Shown one piece after another: positions 9,768-23,600 of a stretch of 37,849 bases of DNA. The notes beneath the pieces were generated by a model, which did no database searches, was not told where the DNA came from, and worked only from the letters and a program-made list of their open reading frames with translations. A program made the translations under genes and the position numbers. The first letter of the stretch is position 1. Each line of letters opens with the position of its first letter. The stretch is from Nemertoderma westbladi (taxonomy: Eukaryota; Animalia; Xenacoelomorpha), in contig JAUCBJ010000255.1 of the NCBI GenBank assembly GCA_032718475.1, positions 1-37,849 on the forward strand. Reading direction: 5' to 3'.

Positions 9768-12180
9768 GTTAGTTAGTTAGTTAAAATCTTTTATTCATCA
9801 AAACTCCGATGTTTAAAAAACATATGGAGGCAGCCCGTCTGGATGGCCCAGACATGGCTGATGATTGGTGATGAATAAGCGTCAGCAGCCGCACGTTATT
9901 TGTTCTAAATCTAAATCTATACTACAGTACATACTACTAGTATTAAACACATCTCACTCTAATATATTTATACATACTCATACACACACAATCGTAATTT
10001 ACACTAATATAACAGCACAATAAATAATAATCACCAATAAGTATAGCAGGTTGCAATGTAGGGCTAGTGGCAGTTAATAATACTGTTCGTTAAAAAACGG
10101 TTGAATAATTGTAACTGGTTGTTGTCTTTTAGTTGAAGTTATGTAATTGCATTTCTGTCGTATTTTGTATGAAAGTGTTTTTTTAACGCGCGCATGAATT
10201 CCTTGTATTGCCTTATGAGTGTTAGTGTTTTATTTGTGCAGTTCCATAGGCGTGCAAAACTTAACATAGCGCTGTTGTATGATATTGTGTTTTTCGTTAT
10301 TGGAATTTTTACTTTATTCGTTCTCGGGTTTAATAGTTGTTTCTGACTGTTGCTAATAAATGGTAGTTCTAAGTTTTGGAATGGTTTGGTAATTTTGAAT
10401 ATATATTGATAAAAAAATCGTAAAGCAAAATATTCCCTAAGGGCTGTTAGTGTTGGTAGTTTTGATAGACGACGTAATTCGGTGCCAGAAATATCAGAAA
10501 TCTTTTTGCTATGGACAATGCGAAGTCCATAGTTTTGTATTTTCTCTAAGCTATATAAGATAGTTTTAAAGCCGTGGACATTATGCAATGATACTAGTAC
10601 TTCACAGCAGTAATTGTGGTATGGTAATACTGTAGCCTTATAAATATTTAGTTTTGTGCCTACTGGTAGCTGACCCTTTATCTGCCGAAGTCCAGAGACG
10701 GCCTGGATCATTTTATTTGAGGTGATCTTAATTTGTTCGCGCCATTCAAGTTTGTTGTCAATGGTTAGACCAAGGTAATTGATGTGTGTAGATTGTGGAA
10801 TGTTAGTCTGTTTATTTGTATCCTCACTGAGATCCAGTTGTATGCTATTTATCTCGTCTGTTCTAGAATTAGGGGATATTAACATGAATTCAGTCTTATC
10901 GTTATTTAGTTGGAGGTGCAAAGAGCTAAAAATGTCCTTTAGTTCATTTATGTGTTTACTCAATGATATTGCAGCTCTGTTTGGATTTTTATCATGACAG
11001 TATACTAAGGTGTCGTCTGCATATTGGATTAGTTGGAGTTTACTTTTGCTAGCTATGGAATTTACATACATTAAAAATATAATCGGGCCAAGGAGTGTTC
11101 CCTGTGGAATTCCGTGATTGATTAGTTTCCACTCAGAAGTGGTTCCGTTGAGTTTCACTCTTTGATATCTGTTTACTAAAAAAGTGCGCAGCATAGAGAT
11201 AGCAGTGTTGTGGAATCCAAACTCGCCTAATTTTTGTAATAATATTGTGTGGTTCAATGAATTGAATGCTTTTCTAAGGTCTAGGGCTCCAATAGCTACA
11301 TATTCACCAGTATTTAAGTAATTGCGCCAAGATTCTGTCGCATATAGTATAGCATCCCTAGTGGAGTAAGATTTCCTAAATCCAAATTGAGTTTTGTTTA
11401 TTAGCTTGTGTTTGTCCAGATAGTGTGTTATTTGAATGTATAAAACCTTTTCGAATATTTTCTCAAGTGCCGATGTTATTGATATGGGTCTATAGTTTTC
11501 TGGCTGTAGTCGGTCCCCTTTTTTGAAAACTGGGGTTACCTCTGCTATTTTCAATTTAGTTGGAAATGTAGATCTGGTTATACATTCATTTATGAGGTAA
11601 GTTAGTGGGGCAATTATTTTAGGTTTTATTAGCTTCAGCAGTTTCGGTGTGATTGGTGAGGGGCCAGCTGATTTGTTAATGTTAAGTCCATCTATGATAT
11701 CATCTATCAAGAATTCATGAATATTCGAGAAACTAAAGCATGGTAAATTTCGTTGGTCCCGCATTACAATGGGGTTTGTTAATATATTAATGTTATTTGC
11801 TAAGTTAGGGATTCCTGTGAAGGTCCCCATTGCAATATAGGTTGTGTTAAAAATAGTCGCCATGCGTTTTGAATTTGTTGTAGTATTGCTAATGTCATTA
11901 AGCGCTGTTATTGTACATGTTTTCTTGTCCTTGTTAAGTATTCTGTTTATAACTTTCCATTTGTCTCTATTTGTACAGCTATTGTTAAATTTATTTTTAA
12001 TATATTTATTTTTCATTTGCCGGTTGTAGGTGTTAAATTTATTTCTTGCTATTTTAGATTCTTTGTGTGCTTCTATATTTTTGTTCTGGCGCCACAATTG
12101 TAATGTTGTGTTCTTTATGTCATGTAAATGTTGCAAATAGTCATTCCACCAAGGTGGTTTATTTGTTATTTTGTTTTTCA
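9768..12180 (-). mobile_element. 5'-truncated non-LTR retrotransposon of the CR1/L2 group
   Basis: RT ORF, ~370-bp 3' UTR, AATAAA, (TAAC)n tail. Removing this interval rejoins the BEL motif NPADIAT-RG. Confidence 0.92.
10139..12180 (-). CDS. LINE ORF2 reverse transcriptase (endonuclease domain lost by 5' truncation)
   Basis: PWWN, KSAGP, NYRPIS, QFGFR, DLRKAF, GIPQGTLLGP, YADDT, YLG motifs; open for 680 codons. Confidence 0.9.
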
Positions 12181-14154
12181 AGGGGGTTAAATGCGCAACA
12201 ATTAATCAACAATAAAGTATGGTTTAACGGACCGCAATTCTTATATCAACCCAGTGAGAAATCATGGCCGAATAATAGCACACTAAGTCTTCATCCATCA
12301 GTAGATTGTCAAGTGGAATTCAAAGCGTTAACAATAACACACAATACAACAAATAACAGCATAAACATAAATGAAACATTAGAAAATGTACTAGATATAA
12401 ACAAATTCAACAATAAGCAAGCACCTATAAGACGTTTAGCATGGGTGACTCGTTTCATAAGTAATCTGAAAGCAAAACGTAATAATACGCAATTGATATT
12501 AGAATCAAACTTGACAGCAGATGAATTAAATAATGCAGAAACAATTATTATTAAACACATGCAAATGAAATCTTATCCCTCTGAATACAAGTACTTGAAA
12601 AACCCAACGAAATCAAAGTGTCCAAATATGGTAAAGGTTCTAAATCTTTATCTAGACCCTAAAGGTATCATTCGACTCAATAGTCGAATTAAATCACCTC
12701 TCCAATCACTGGAGTCACAAAAACCCATATTAATACACCCCACAAGCTATTATGCAACATTGATAATAAGAGAATCCCACATTCAAGTATGTCACTCTCG
12801 TGTTCGAGATACACTTGCTCAAGTACGTGAAAAGTACTGGATTCCTAGAGCAAGACAAATAATTAAACGTACAATTCGAGATTGTGTTATTTGTAAGCAC
12901 ATTCAAGGCTATCCTTATAGGAGACCTCCGTTCAGCCCCTTACCTGAGGAAAGATTAACATCAAATATCCTTCCATTCACCAATGTAGGTATTGATTTCC
13001 TAGGTGCGATTTCTGTAGTCAAATCATTATCTGATCCAGTAGGTTCAATGACAAAGGTATATATTTGCCTATTTACATGTGCGGTTATACGAGCAATTCA
13101 TTTAGAAGTAGTTACAAGTCTCCATTCCTCGTCTTTCATTGCGGCATTGACTCGTTTCGTAGGAAGACGAGGCATTCCATCAGTCATCTTCAGTGACAAT
13201 GCATCAAATTTTAAGAGTTCATCAGAGGAAATCAAGGCATATAAGGCATTTTTAACAGACCCAATCATACTTAGAGAATTTGGTAAACTAAATATTACAT
13301 GGAAATTCAATGTACAAAGATACCCAGCAGCATATGGGTTTATAGAGCGTTGTGTGGGGACAGTGAAATCTAATTTGAAAAAACTAATGGGGCGTGCGGT
13401 GCTAACAGAAGAGGAATTACAAACAGTATTGATTTCATGTGAGGCTGCTATAAATAGCAGACCACTAACATACATCTATTCAGACAATAATGAGTGCTTA
13501 ACACTATCACCCAGTCATTTCTTGGTCGGCAAAAGGCTATGCGCTTTACCAAGCACCACTATAAATCTTAACAACATGGAAATGACACATCGAAATTTTC
13601 AAGATCGTCTTCGATACCAAGAGATGGCTGCGAACTATTTTTGGTCAGTATGGCGGAAAGACTACCTCAGAGAATTAAGAGCTAGTCATCGTTCGAATAA
13701 TATCAGCCCACATTCACTTGTAGTCCCAGATATTGGAGATATATGCCTTCTAGTGGATAAGAAACTTCCAAGATGCCTTTGGAAACTATGTAAGGTAGAC
13801 AGATTGATTGTCAGTAAGGATGGTCATATACGAGCAGTTGGGGTTATCATTGTAAAACGTGGTAAACAACATAAACAACTGGTACGATCCATTTCTCATG
13901 TAATACCATTAGAAATCAATGACAAAAACCACACTAGTACAACAAAAACAAAACAAACAACCGCGACGTATGATATAGAATCAATAGAATCAATAGACAT
14001 TGACACGTCGGATGATGATTATTCTAATGATGAAAATGACGTCAAAAGTGATGACGTCGAAATCGTTGAATGCAATAGCAATGAGGACCGTGTTCAGGTT
14101 CGACACCCAAGAGTAGCCACTAAAAAAATCACGAAGGGATTTTATAGATACTAA
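12181..14154 (+). pseudogene. BEL/Pao pol, integrase part, 3' of the LINE insertion
   Basis: Track ORF 12067..14154. The first 38 codons are antisense LINE sequence. The BEL frame starts RGLNAQQL and stays open to the stop. Confidence 0.9.
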
Positions 14155-14437
14155 AAATCGGAATTTACTTATTTATTTTTTAATGTTAACAAGATCATGC
14201 CATGTAACAAGTTATTTATTGGTATATATGAATAATATATATATAAATATGGTGGAGGGTGTTGACAATACCTAATAACATATTAACTTATGAAACGAAA
14301 CTGTCATTAGTGTAGTATAGCATGCCTGTCATACATTGTGATGAAACTCAATTATTATTAACGTAACGTGTGTTTTGTTATTTATATTTACAGTTTTATG
14401 TGTTGCTTAAAAACAATTCTTTTTTAGCAAGGGGGAG

Positions 14438-14663
14438 TGTCATAAATTATACTTAGGCCATAGTTAATATCCAATATAAGATACAAGTATATTAGCTTGC
14501 CAATATTGTAAACTGTTGAAAGAAGTTGAAACATATGTTAATCTTGGAGGTTTGCCGGCAGTATTGTAAAGTAAATATATATAGGTTATTCAATTTAGAT
14601 AAAGATTATTATTAAAGTTTATTAGAAGTTTGTAGCTATCATTTTCCTTTCAATTTATCCACA
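14438..14663 (+). repeat. Putative 3' LTR of the BEL element (~226 bp) with polypurine tract at 14429-14437
   Basis: AAGGGGGAG directly followed by TGTCATAAATT. Ends AATTTATCCACA, an imperfect terminal inverted repeat. ATTAAA at 14611. An alternative start after GGTGGAGGG (14260) cannot be excluded. Confidence 0.65.
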
Positions 14664-14672
14664 ATTCACTAT

Positions 14673-17600
14673 AGAGTTAAAACGCGGCAATAACGGCTGG
14701 GTGGGAAGTTTATAGAAGAGTTTAAACGGGGCAATTTACGGTTGGGTGGGAAGTTTATAGAAGAGTTAAAACGGGGCAAAAACGGATGGGTGGGAAGTTT
14801 ATAGAAGCGTTAAAACGGGGCAATAACGGCTGGGTGGGAAGTTTATAGAAGAGTTAAAACGGGACAATAACGGGTGGGTGGGAAGTTTATAGAAGAGTTT
14901 AAACGGGGCAATAACGGGTGGGTGGGAAGTTTATAGAAGAGTTAAAACGGGGCAATAACGGCTGGGTGGGAAGTTTATAGAAGAGTTAAAACGGGGCCAT
15001 AACGGCTGGGTGGGAAGTTTATAGAAGAGTTAATACGGGGCCATAACGGCTGGGTGGGAAGTTTATAGAAGAGTTAAAACGGGCCAATAACGGCTGGGTT
15101 GGAAGTTTATAGAAGCGTTAAAACGGGGCAATAACGGCTGGGTGGGAAGCTTATAGAAGCGTTAAAACGGGGCAATAACGGCTGGGTGTGAAGTTTATAG
15201 AAGAGTTAAAACGCGGCAATAACGGCTGGGTGGGAAGTTTATAGAAGAGTTAAAACGGGGCAATAACGGCTGGGTGGGAAGTTTATAGAAGAGTTAAAAC
15301 GGGGCCATAACGGCTGGGTGGGAAGTTTATAGAAGAGTTAAAACGGGGCCATAACGGCTGGGTGGGAAGTTTATAGAAGAGTTAAAACGGGCCAATAACG
15401 GCTGGGTTGGAAGTTTATAGAAGAGTTTAAACGGGGCAATAACGTGTGGGTGGGAAGTTTATAGAAGAGTTAAAACGGGGCAATAACGGGTGGGTGGGAA
15501 GTTTATAGAAGAGTTAAGACGGGGCAATAACGGATGGGTGGGAAGTTTATAGAAGCGTTAAAACGGGGAAATAACGGCTGGGTGGGGAGGTTATAGAAGA
15601 ATTAAAACGGGGCAATAACGGGTGGGTGGGAAGTTTATAGAAGCGTTAAAACGGGGCAATAACGGCTGGGTGGGAAGTTTATAGAAGCGTTAAAACGGGG
15701 CAATAACGGCTGGGTGGGAAGTTTATAGAAGAGTTTAAACGGGGCAATTTACGGGTGGGTGGGAAGTTTATAGAAGAGTTAAAACGGGGCAAAAACGGAT
15801 GGGTGGGAAGTTTATAGAAGCGTTAAAACGGGGCAATAACGGCTGGGTGGGAAGTTTATAGAAGAGTTAAAACGGGGCCATAACGGCTGGGTGGGAAGTT
15901 TATAGAAGAGTTAAAACGGGGCCATAACGGCTGGGTGGGAAGTTTATAGAAGAGTTAAAACGGGCCAATAACGGCTGGGTTGGAAGTTTATAGAGGCGTT
16001 AAAACGGGGCAATAACGGCTGGGTGGGAAGTTTATAGAAGAGTTAAGACGGGGCAATAACGGCTGGGTGGGAAGTTTATAGAAGCGTTAAAACGGGGCAA
16101 TAACGGCTGGGTGGGAAGTTTATAGAAGAGTTAAAACGGGCCAATAACGGCTGGGTGGGAAGTTTATAGAAGAGTTTAAACGGGGCAATAACGGGTGGGT
16201 GTGAAGTTTATAGAAGAGTTTAATTTAAACGGGGCAATAACGGGTGGGTTGGAAGTATATAGAAGAGTTAAAACGGGGCAATAACGGCTGAGTGGGAAGT
16301 TTATAGAAGCGTTAAAACGGGGCAATAACGGCTGGGTGGGAAGTTTATAGAAGCGTTAAAACGGGGCAATAACGGCTGGGTGGGAAGTTTATAGAAGAGT
16401 TAAAACGGGCCAATAACGGCTGGGTGGGAAGTTTATAGAAGAGTTAAAACGGGCCAATAACGGCTGGGTGGGAAGTTTATAGAAGAGTTAAAACGGGGCC
16501 TTAACGGCTGGGTGGGAAGTTTATAGAAATTTTAAAACGGGCCAATAACGGCTGGGTGGGAAGTTTATAGAAGAGTTTAAACGGGGCAATAACGGGTGGG
16601 TGGGAAGTTTATAGAAGAGTTAAAACGCGGCAATAACAGCTGGGTGGGAAGTTTATAGAAGCGTTAAAACGGGGCAATAACGGTTGGGTGGGAAGTTTAT
16701 AGAAGCGTTAAAACGGGGCAATAACGGCTGGGTGGGAAGTTTATAGAAGAGTTTAAACGGGGCAATTTACGGGTGGGTGGGAAGTTTATAGAAGAGTTAA
16801 AACGGGGCAAAAACGGATGGGTGGGAAGTTTATAGAAGCGTTAAAACGGGGCAATAACGGCTGGGTGGGAAGTTTATAGAAGAGTTAAAACGGGGCCATA
16901 ACGGCTGGGTGGGAAGTTTATAGAAGAGTTAAAACGGGGCCATAACGGCTGGGTGGGAAGTTTATAGAAGAGTTAAAACGGGCCAATAACGGCTGGGTTG
17001 GAAGTTTATAGAGGCGTTAAAACGGGGCAATAACGGCTGGGTGGGAAGTTTATAGAAGAGTTAAGACGGGGCAATAACGGCTGGGTGGGAAGTTTATAGA
17101 AGCGTTAAAACGGGGCAATAACGGCTGGGTGGGAAGTTTATAGAAGAGTTAAAACGGGCCAATAACGGCTGGGTGGGAAGTTTATAGAAGAGTTTAAACG
17201 GGGCAATAACGGGTGGGTGTGAAGTTTATAGAAGAGTTTAATTTAAACGGGGCAATAACGGGTGGGTTGGAAGTATATAGAAGAGTTAAAACGGGGCAAT
17301 AACGGCTGAGTGGGAAGTTTATAGAAGCGTTAAAACGGGGCAATAACGGCTGGGTGGGAAGTTTATAGAAGCGTTAAAACGGGGCAATAACGGCTGGGTG
17401 GGAAGTTTATAGAAGAGTTAAAACGGGCCAATAACGGCTGGGTGGGAAGTTTATAGAAGAGTTAAAACGGGCCAATAACGGCTGGGTGGGAAGTTTATAG
17501 AAGAGTTAAAACGGGGCCTTAACGGCTGGGTGGGAAGTTTATAGAAATTTTAAAACGGGCCAATAACGGCTGGGTGGGAAGTTTATAGAAGAGTTTAAAC

Positions 17601-20600
17601 GGGGCAATAACGGGTGGGTGGGAAGTTTATAGAAGAGTTAAAACGCGGCAATAACAGCTGGGTGGGAAGTTTATAGAAGCGTTAAAACGGGGCAATAACG
17701 GTTGGGTGTGAAGTTTATAGAAGAGTTAAAACGCGGCAATAACGGCTGGGTGGGAAGTTTATAGAAGAGTTTAAACGGGGCAATAACGGGTGGGTGGGAA
17801 GTTTATAGAAGAGTTAAAACGGGGCAATGACGGGTGGGTGGGAAGTTTATAGAAGAGTTAAAACGGGGCAATAACGGTTGGGTGTGAAGTTTATAGAAGA
17901 GTTAAAACGCGGCAATAACGGCTGGGTGGGAAGTTTATAGAAGAGTTTAAACGGGGCAATTTACGGGTGGGTGGGAAGTTTATAGAAGAGTTAAAACGGG
18001 GCAAAAACGGATGGGTGGGAAGTTTATAGAAGCGTTAAAACGGGGCAATAACGGCTGGGTGGGAAGTTTATAGAAGAGTTAAAACGGGACAATAACGGGT
18101 GGGTGGGAAGTTTATAGAAGAGTTTAAACGGGGCAATAACGGGTGGGTGGGAAGTTTATAGAAGAGTTAAAACGGGGCAATAACGGCTGGGTGGGAAGTT
18201 TATAGAAGAGTTAAAACGGGGCCATAACGGCCGAGTGGGAAGTTTATAGAAGAGTTAAAACGGGGCCATAACGGCTGGGTGGGAAGTTTATAGAAGAGTT
18301 AAAACGGGCCAATAACGGCTGGGTTGTAAGTTTATAGAAGCGTTAAAAAGGGGCAATAACGGCTGGGTGGGAAGTTTATAGAAGAGTTAAGACGGGGCAA
18401 TAACGGCTGGGTGGGAAGTTTATAGAAGCGTTAAAACGGGGCAATAACGGCTGGGTGTGAAGTTTATAGAAGAGTTAAAACGGGGCAATAACGGCTGGGT
18501 GGGAAGTTTATAGAAGAGTTAAAACGGGGCAATAACGGCTGGGTGGGAAGTTTATAGAAGAGTTAAAACGGGGCCATAACGGCTGGGTTGGAAGTTTATA
18601 GAAGCGTTAAAACGGGGCAATAACGGCTGGGTGGGAAGTTTATAGAAGAGTTAAGACGGGGCAATAACGGCTGGGTGGGAAGTTTATAGAAGCGTTAAAA
18701 CGGGGCAATGACGGGTGGGTGGGAAGTTTATAGAAGAGTTAAAACGGGGCAATAACGGTTGGGTGTGAAGTTTATAGAAGAGTTAAAACGCGGCAATAAC
18801 GGCTGGGTGGGAAGTTTATAGAAGAGTTTAAACGGGGCAATTTACGGTTGGGTGGGAAGTTTATAGAAGAGTTAAAACGGGGCAAAAACGGATGGGTGGG
18901 AAGTTTATAGAAGCGTTAAAACGGGGCAATAACGGCTGGGTGGGAAGTTTATAGAAGAGTTAAAACGGGACAATAACGGGTGGGTGGGAAGTTTATAGAA
19001 GAGTTTAAACGGGGCAATAACGGGTGGGTGGGAAGTTTATAGAAGAGTTAAAACGGGGCAATAACGGCTGGGTGGGAAGTTTATAGAAGAGTTAAAACGG
19101 GGCCATAACGGCTGGGTGGGAAGTTTATAGAAGAGTTAAAACGGGGCCATAACGGCTGGGTGGGAAGTTTATAGAAGAGTTAAAACGGGCCAATAACGGC
19201 TGGGTTGGAAGTTTATAGAAGCGTTAAAACGGGGCAATAACGGCTGGGTGGGAAGTTTATAGAAGCGTTAAAACGGGGCAATAACGGCTGGGTGTGAAGT
19301 TTATAGAAGAGTTAAAACGGGGCAATAACGGCTGGGTGGGAAGTTTATAGAAGAGTTAAAACGGGGCAATAACGGCTGGGTGGGAAGTTTATAGAAGAGT
19401 TAAAACGGGGCCATAACGGCTGGGTGGGAAGTTTATAGAAGAGTTAAAACGGGGCCATAACGGCTGGGTGGGAAGTTAATAGAAGAGTTAAAACGGGCCA
19501 ATAACGGCTGGGTTGGAAGTTTATAGAAGAGTTTAAACGGGGCAATAACGTGTGGGTGGGAAGTTTATAGAAGAGTTAAAACGGGGCAATAACGGGTGGG
19601 TGGGAAGTTTATAGAAGAGTTAAGACGGGGCAATAACGGATGGGTGGGAAGTTTATAGAAGCGTTAAAACGGGGCAATAACGGCTGGGTGGGGAGGTTAT
19701 AGAAGAATTAAAACGGGGCAATAACGGGTGGGTGGGAAGTTTATAGAAGCGTTAAAACGGGGCAATAACGGCTGGGTGGGAAGTTTATAGAAGCGTTAAA
19801 ACGGGGCAATAACGGCTGGGTGGGAAGTTTATAGAAGAGTTTAAACGGGGCAATTTACGGGTGGGTGGGAAGTTTATAGAAGAGTTAAAACGGGGCAAAA
19901 ACGGATGGGTGGGAAGTTTATAGAAGCGTTAAAACGGGGCAATAACGGCTGGGTGGGAAGTTTATAGAAGAGTTAAAACGGGGCCATAACGGCTGGGTGG
20001 GAAGTTTATAGAAGAGTTAAAACGGGGCCATAACGGCTGGGTGGGAAGTTTATAGAAGAGTTAAAACGGGCCAAAAACGGCTGGGTTGGAAGTTTATAGA
20101 AGCGTTAAAACGGGGCAATAACGGCTGGGTGGGAAGTTTATAGAAGAGTTAAGACGGGGCAATAACGGCTGGGTGGGAAGTTTATAGAAGCGTTAAAACG
20201 GGGCAATAACGGCTGGGTGGGAAGTTTATAGAAGAGTTAAAACGGGCCAATAACGGCTGGGTGGGAAGTTTATAGAAGAGTTTAAACGGGGCAATAACGG
20301 GTGGGTGTGAAGTTTATAGAAGAGTTTAATTTAAACGGGGCAATAACGGGTGGGTTGGAAGTATATAGAAGAGTTAAAACGGGGCAATAACGGCTGAGTG
20401 GGAAGTTTATAGAAGCGTTAAAACGGGGCAATAACGGCTGGGTGGGAAGTTTATAGAAGCGTTAAAACGGGGCAATAACGGCTGGGTGGGAAGTTTATAG
20501 AAGAGTTAAAACGGGCCAATAACGGCTGGGTGGGAAGTTTATAGAAGAGTTAAAACGGGCCAATAACGGCTGGGTGGGAAGTTTATAGAAGAGTTAAAAC

Positions 20601-23600
20601 GGGGCCTTAACGGCTGGGTGGGAAGTTTATAGAAATTTTAAAACGGGCCAATAACGGCTGGGTGGGAAGTTTATAGAAGGGTTTAAACGGGGCAATAACG
20701 GGTGGGTGGGAAGTTTATAGAAGAGTTAAAACGCGGCAATAACGGCTGGGTGGGAAGTTTATAGAAGCGTTAAAACGGGGCAATAACGGTTGGGTGTGAA
20801 GTTTATAGAAGAGTTAAAACGCGGCAATAACGGCTGGGTGGGAAGTTTATAGAAGAGTTTAAACGGGGCAATAACGGGTGGGTGGGAAGTTTATAGAAGA
20901 GTTAAAACGGGGCAATGACGGGTGGGTGGGAAGTTTATAGAAGAGTTAAAACGGGGCAATAACGGTTGGGTGTGAAGTTTATAGAAGAGTTAAAACGCGG
21001 CAATAACGGCTGGGTGGGAAGTTTATAGAAGAGTTTAAACGGGGCAATTTACGGGTGGGTGGGAAGTTTATAGAAGAGTTAAAACGGGGCAAAAACGGAT
21101 GGGTGGGAAGTTTATAGAAGCGTTAAAACGGGGCAATAACGGCTGGGTGGGAAGTTTATAGAAGAGTTAAAACGGGACAATAACGGGTGGGTGGGAAGTT
21201 TATAGAAGAGTTTAAACGGGGCAATAACGGGTGGGTGGGAAGTTTATAGAAGAGTTAAAACGGGGCAATAACGGCTGGGTGGGAAGTTTATAGAAGAGTT
21301 AAAACGGGGCCATAACGGCTGGGTGGGAAGTTTATAGAAGCGTTAAAACGGGGCAATAACGGGTGGGTGGGAAGTTTATAGAAGAGTTAAAACGGGGCAA
21401 TAACGGCTGGGTGGGAAGTTTATAGAGGAGTTAAAACGGGGCAATAACGGCTGGGTGGGAAGTTTATAGAAGAGTTAAAACGGGCCAATAACGGCTGGGT
21501 TGGAAGTTTATAGAAGCGTTAAAACGGGGCAATAACGGCTGGGTGGGAAGTTTATAGAAGAGTTAAGACGGGGCAATAACGGCTGGGTGGGAAGTTTATA
21601 GAAGCGTTAAAACGGGGCAATAACGGCTGGGTGTGAAGTTTATAGAAGAGTTAAAACGGGGCAATAACGGCTGGGTGGGAAGTTTATAGAAGAGTTAAAA
21701 CGGGCCAATAACGGCTGGGTGGGAAGTTTATAGAAGAGTTAAAACGGGGCAATAACGGGTGGGTGGGAAGTTTATAGAAGCGTTAAAACGGGGCAATAAC
21801 GGCTGGGTGGGAAGTTTATAGAAGCGTTAAAACGGGGCAATAACGGCTGGGTGGGAAGTTTATAGAAGAGTTTAAACGGGGCAATTTACGGGTGGGTGGG
21901 AAGTTTATAGAAGAGTTAAAACGGGGCAAAAACGGATGGGTGGGAAGTTTATAGAAGCGTTAAAACGGGGCAATAACGGCTGGGTGGGAAGTTTATAGAA
22001 GAGTTAAAACGGGGCCATAACGGCTGGGTGGGAAGTTTATAGAAGAGTTAAAACGGGGCCATAACGGCTGGGTGGGAAGTTTATAGAAGAGTTAAAACGG
22101 GCCAAAAACGGCTGGGTTGGAAGTTTATAGAAGCGTTAAAACGGGGCAATAACGGCTGGGTGGGAAGTTTATAGAAGAGTTAAGACGGGGCAATAACGGC
22201 TGGGTGGGAAGTTTATAGAAGCGTTAAAACGGGGCAATAACGGCTGGGTGGGAAGTTTATAGAAGAGTTAAAACGGGCCAATAACGGCTGGGTGGGAAGT
22301 TTATAGAAGAGTTTAAACGGGGCAATAACGGGTGGGTGTGAAGTTTATAGAAGAGTTTAATTTAAACGGGGCAATAACGGGTGGGTTGGAAGTATATAGA
22401 AGAGTTAAAACGGGGCAATAACGGCTGAGTGGGAAGTTTATAGAAGCGTTAAAACGGGGCAATAACGGCTGGGTGGGAAGTTTATAGAAGCGTTAAAACG
22501 GGGCAATAACGGCTGGGTGGGAAGTTTATAGAAGAGTTAAAACGGGCCAATAACGGCTGGGTGGGAAGTTTATAGAAGAGTTAAAACGGGCCAATAACGG
22601 CTGGGTGGGAAGTTTATAGAAGAGTTAAAACGGGGCCTTAACGGCTGGGTGGGAAGTTTATAGAAATTTTAAAACGGGCCAATAACGGCTGGGTGGGAAG
22701 TTTATAGAAGGGTTTAAACGGGGCAATAACGGGTGGGTGGGAAGTTTATAGAAGAGTTAAAACGCGGCAATAACGGCTGGGTGGGAAGTTTATAGAAGCG
22801 TTAAAACGGGGCAATAACGGTTGGGTGTGAAGTTTATAGAAGAGTTAAAACGCGGCAATAACGGCTGGGTGGGAAGTTTATAGAAGAGTTTAAACGGGGC
22901 AATAACGGGTGGGTGGGAAGTTTATAGAAGAGTTAAAACGGGGCAATGACGGGTGGGTGGGAAGTTTATAGAAGAGTTAAAACGGGGCAATAACGGTTGG
23001 GTGTGAAGTTTATAGAAGAGTTAAAACGCGGCAATAACGGCTGGGTGGGAAGTTTATAGAAGAGTTTAAACGGGGCAATTTACGGGTGGGTGGGAAGTTT
23101 ATAGAAGAGTTAAAACGGGGCAAAAACGGATGGGTGGGAAGTTTATAGAAGCGTTAAAACGGGGCAATAACGGCTGGGTGGGAAGTTTATAGAAGAGTTA
23201 AAACGGGACAATAACGGGTGGGTGGGAAGTTTATAGAAGAGTTTAAACGGGGCAATAACGGGTGGGTGGGAAGTTTATAGAAGAGTTAAAACGGGGCAAT
23301 AACGGCTGGGTGGGAAGTTTATAGAAGAGTTAAAACGGGGCCATAACGGCTGGGTGGGAAGTTTATAGAAGCGTTAAAACGGGGCAATAACGGGTGGGTG
23401 GGAAGTTTATAGAAGAGTTAAAACGGGGCAATAACGGCTGGGTGGGAAGTTTATAGAGGAGTTAAAACGGGGCAATAACGGCTGGGTGGGAAGTTTATAG
23501 AAGAGTTAAAACGGGCCAATAACGGCTGGGTTGGAAGTTTATAGAAGCGTTAAAACGGGGCAATAACGGCTGGGTGGGAAGTTTATAGAAGAGTTAAGAC

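Larger units (their letters stand above)
8995..14672 (+). mobile_element. 5'-truncated BEL/Pao LTR retrotransposon (end of RT, RNase H, integrase, 3' LTR), interrupted by a LINE
   Basis: RVLG.IW, YDPLGLIAP, HGFGDAS, IPRLELQA, WSDA, NPADIAT|RG, WFNGP, HHCC finger, GIDF/SDNASNF/FIER DDE triad, polypurine tract and TGT...ACA LTR. Confidence 0.93.

Noticed and set aside
14669-14675. TATAG(A) as a TSD of the BEL element
   Set aside because: Would need an extra 3-nt deletion and does not abut the LTR end. A blunt join restores the monomer exactly.
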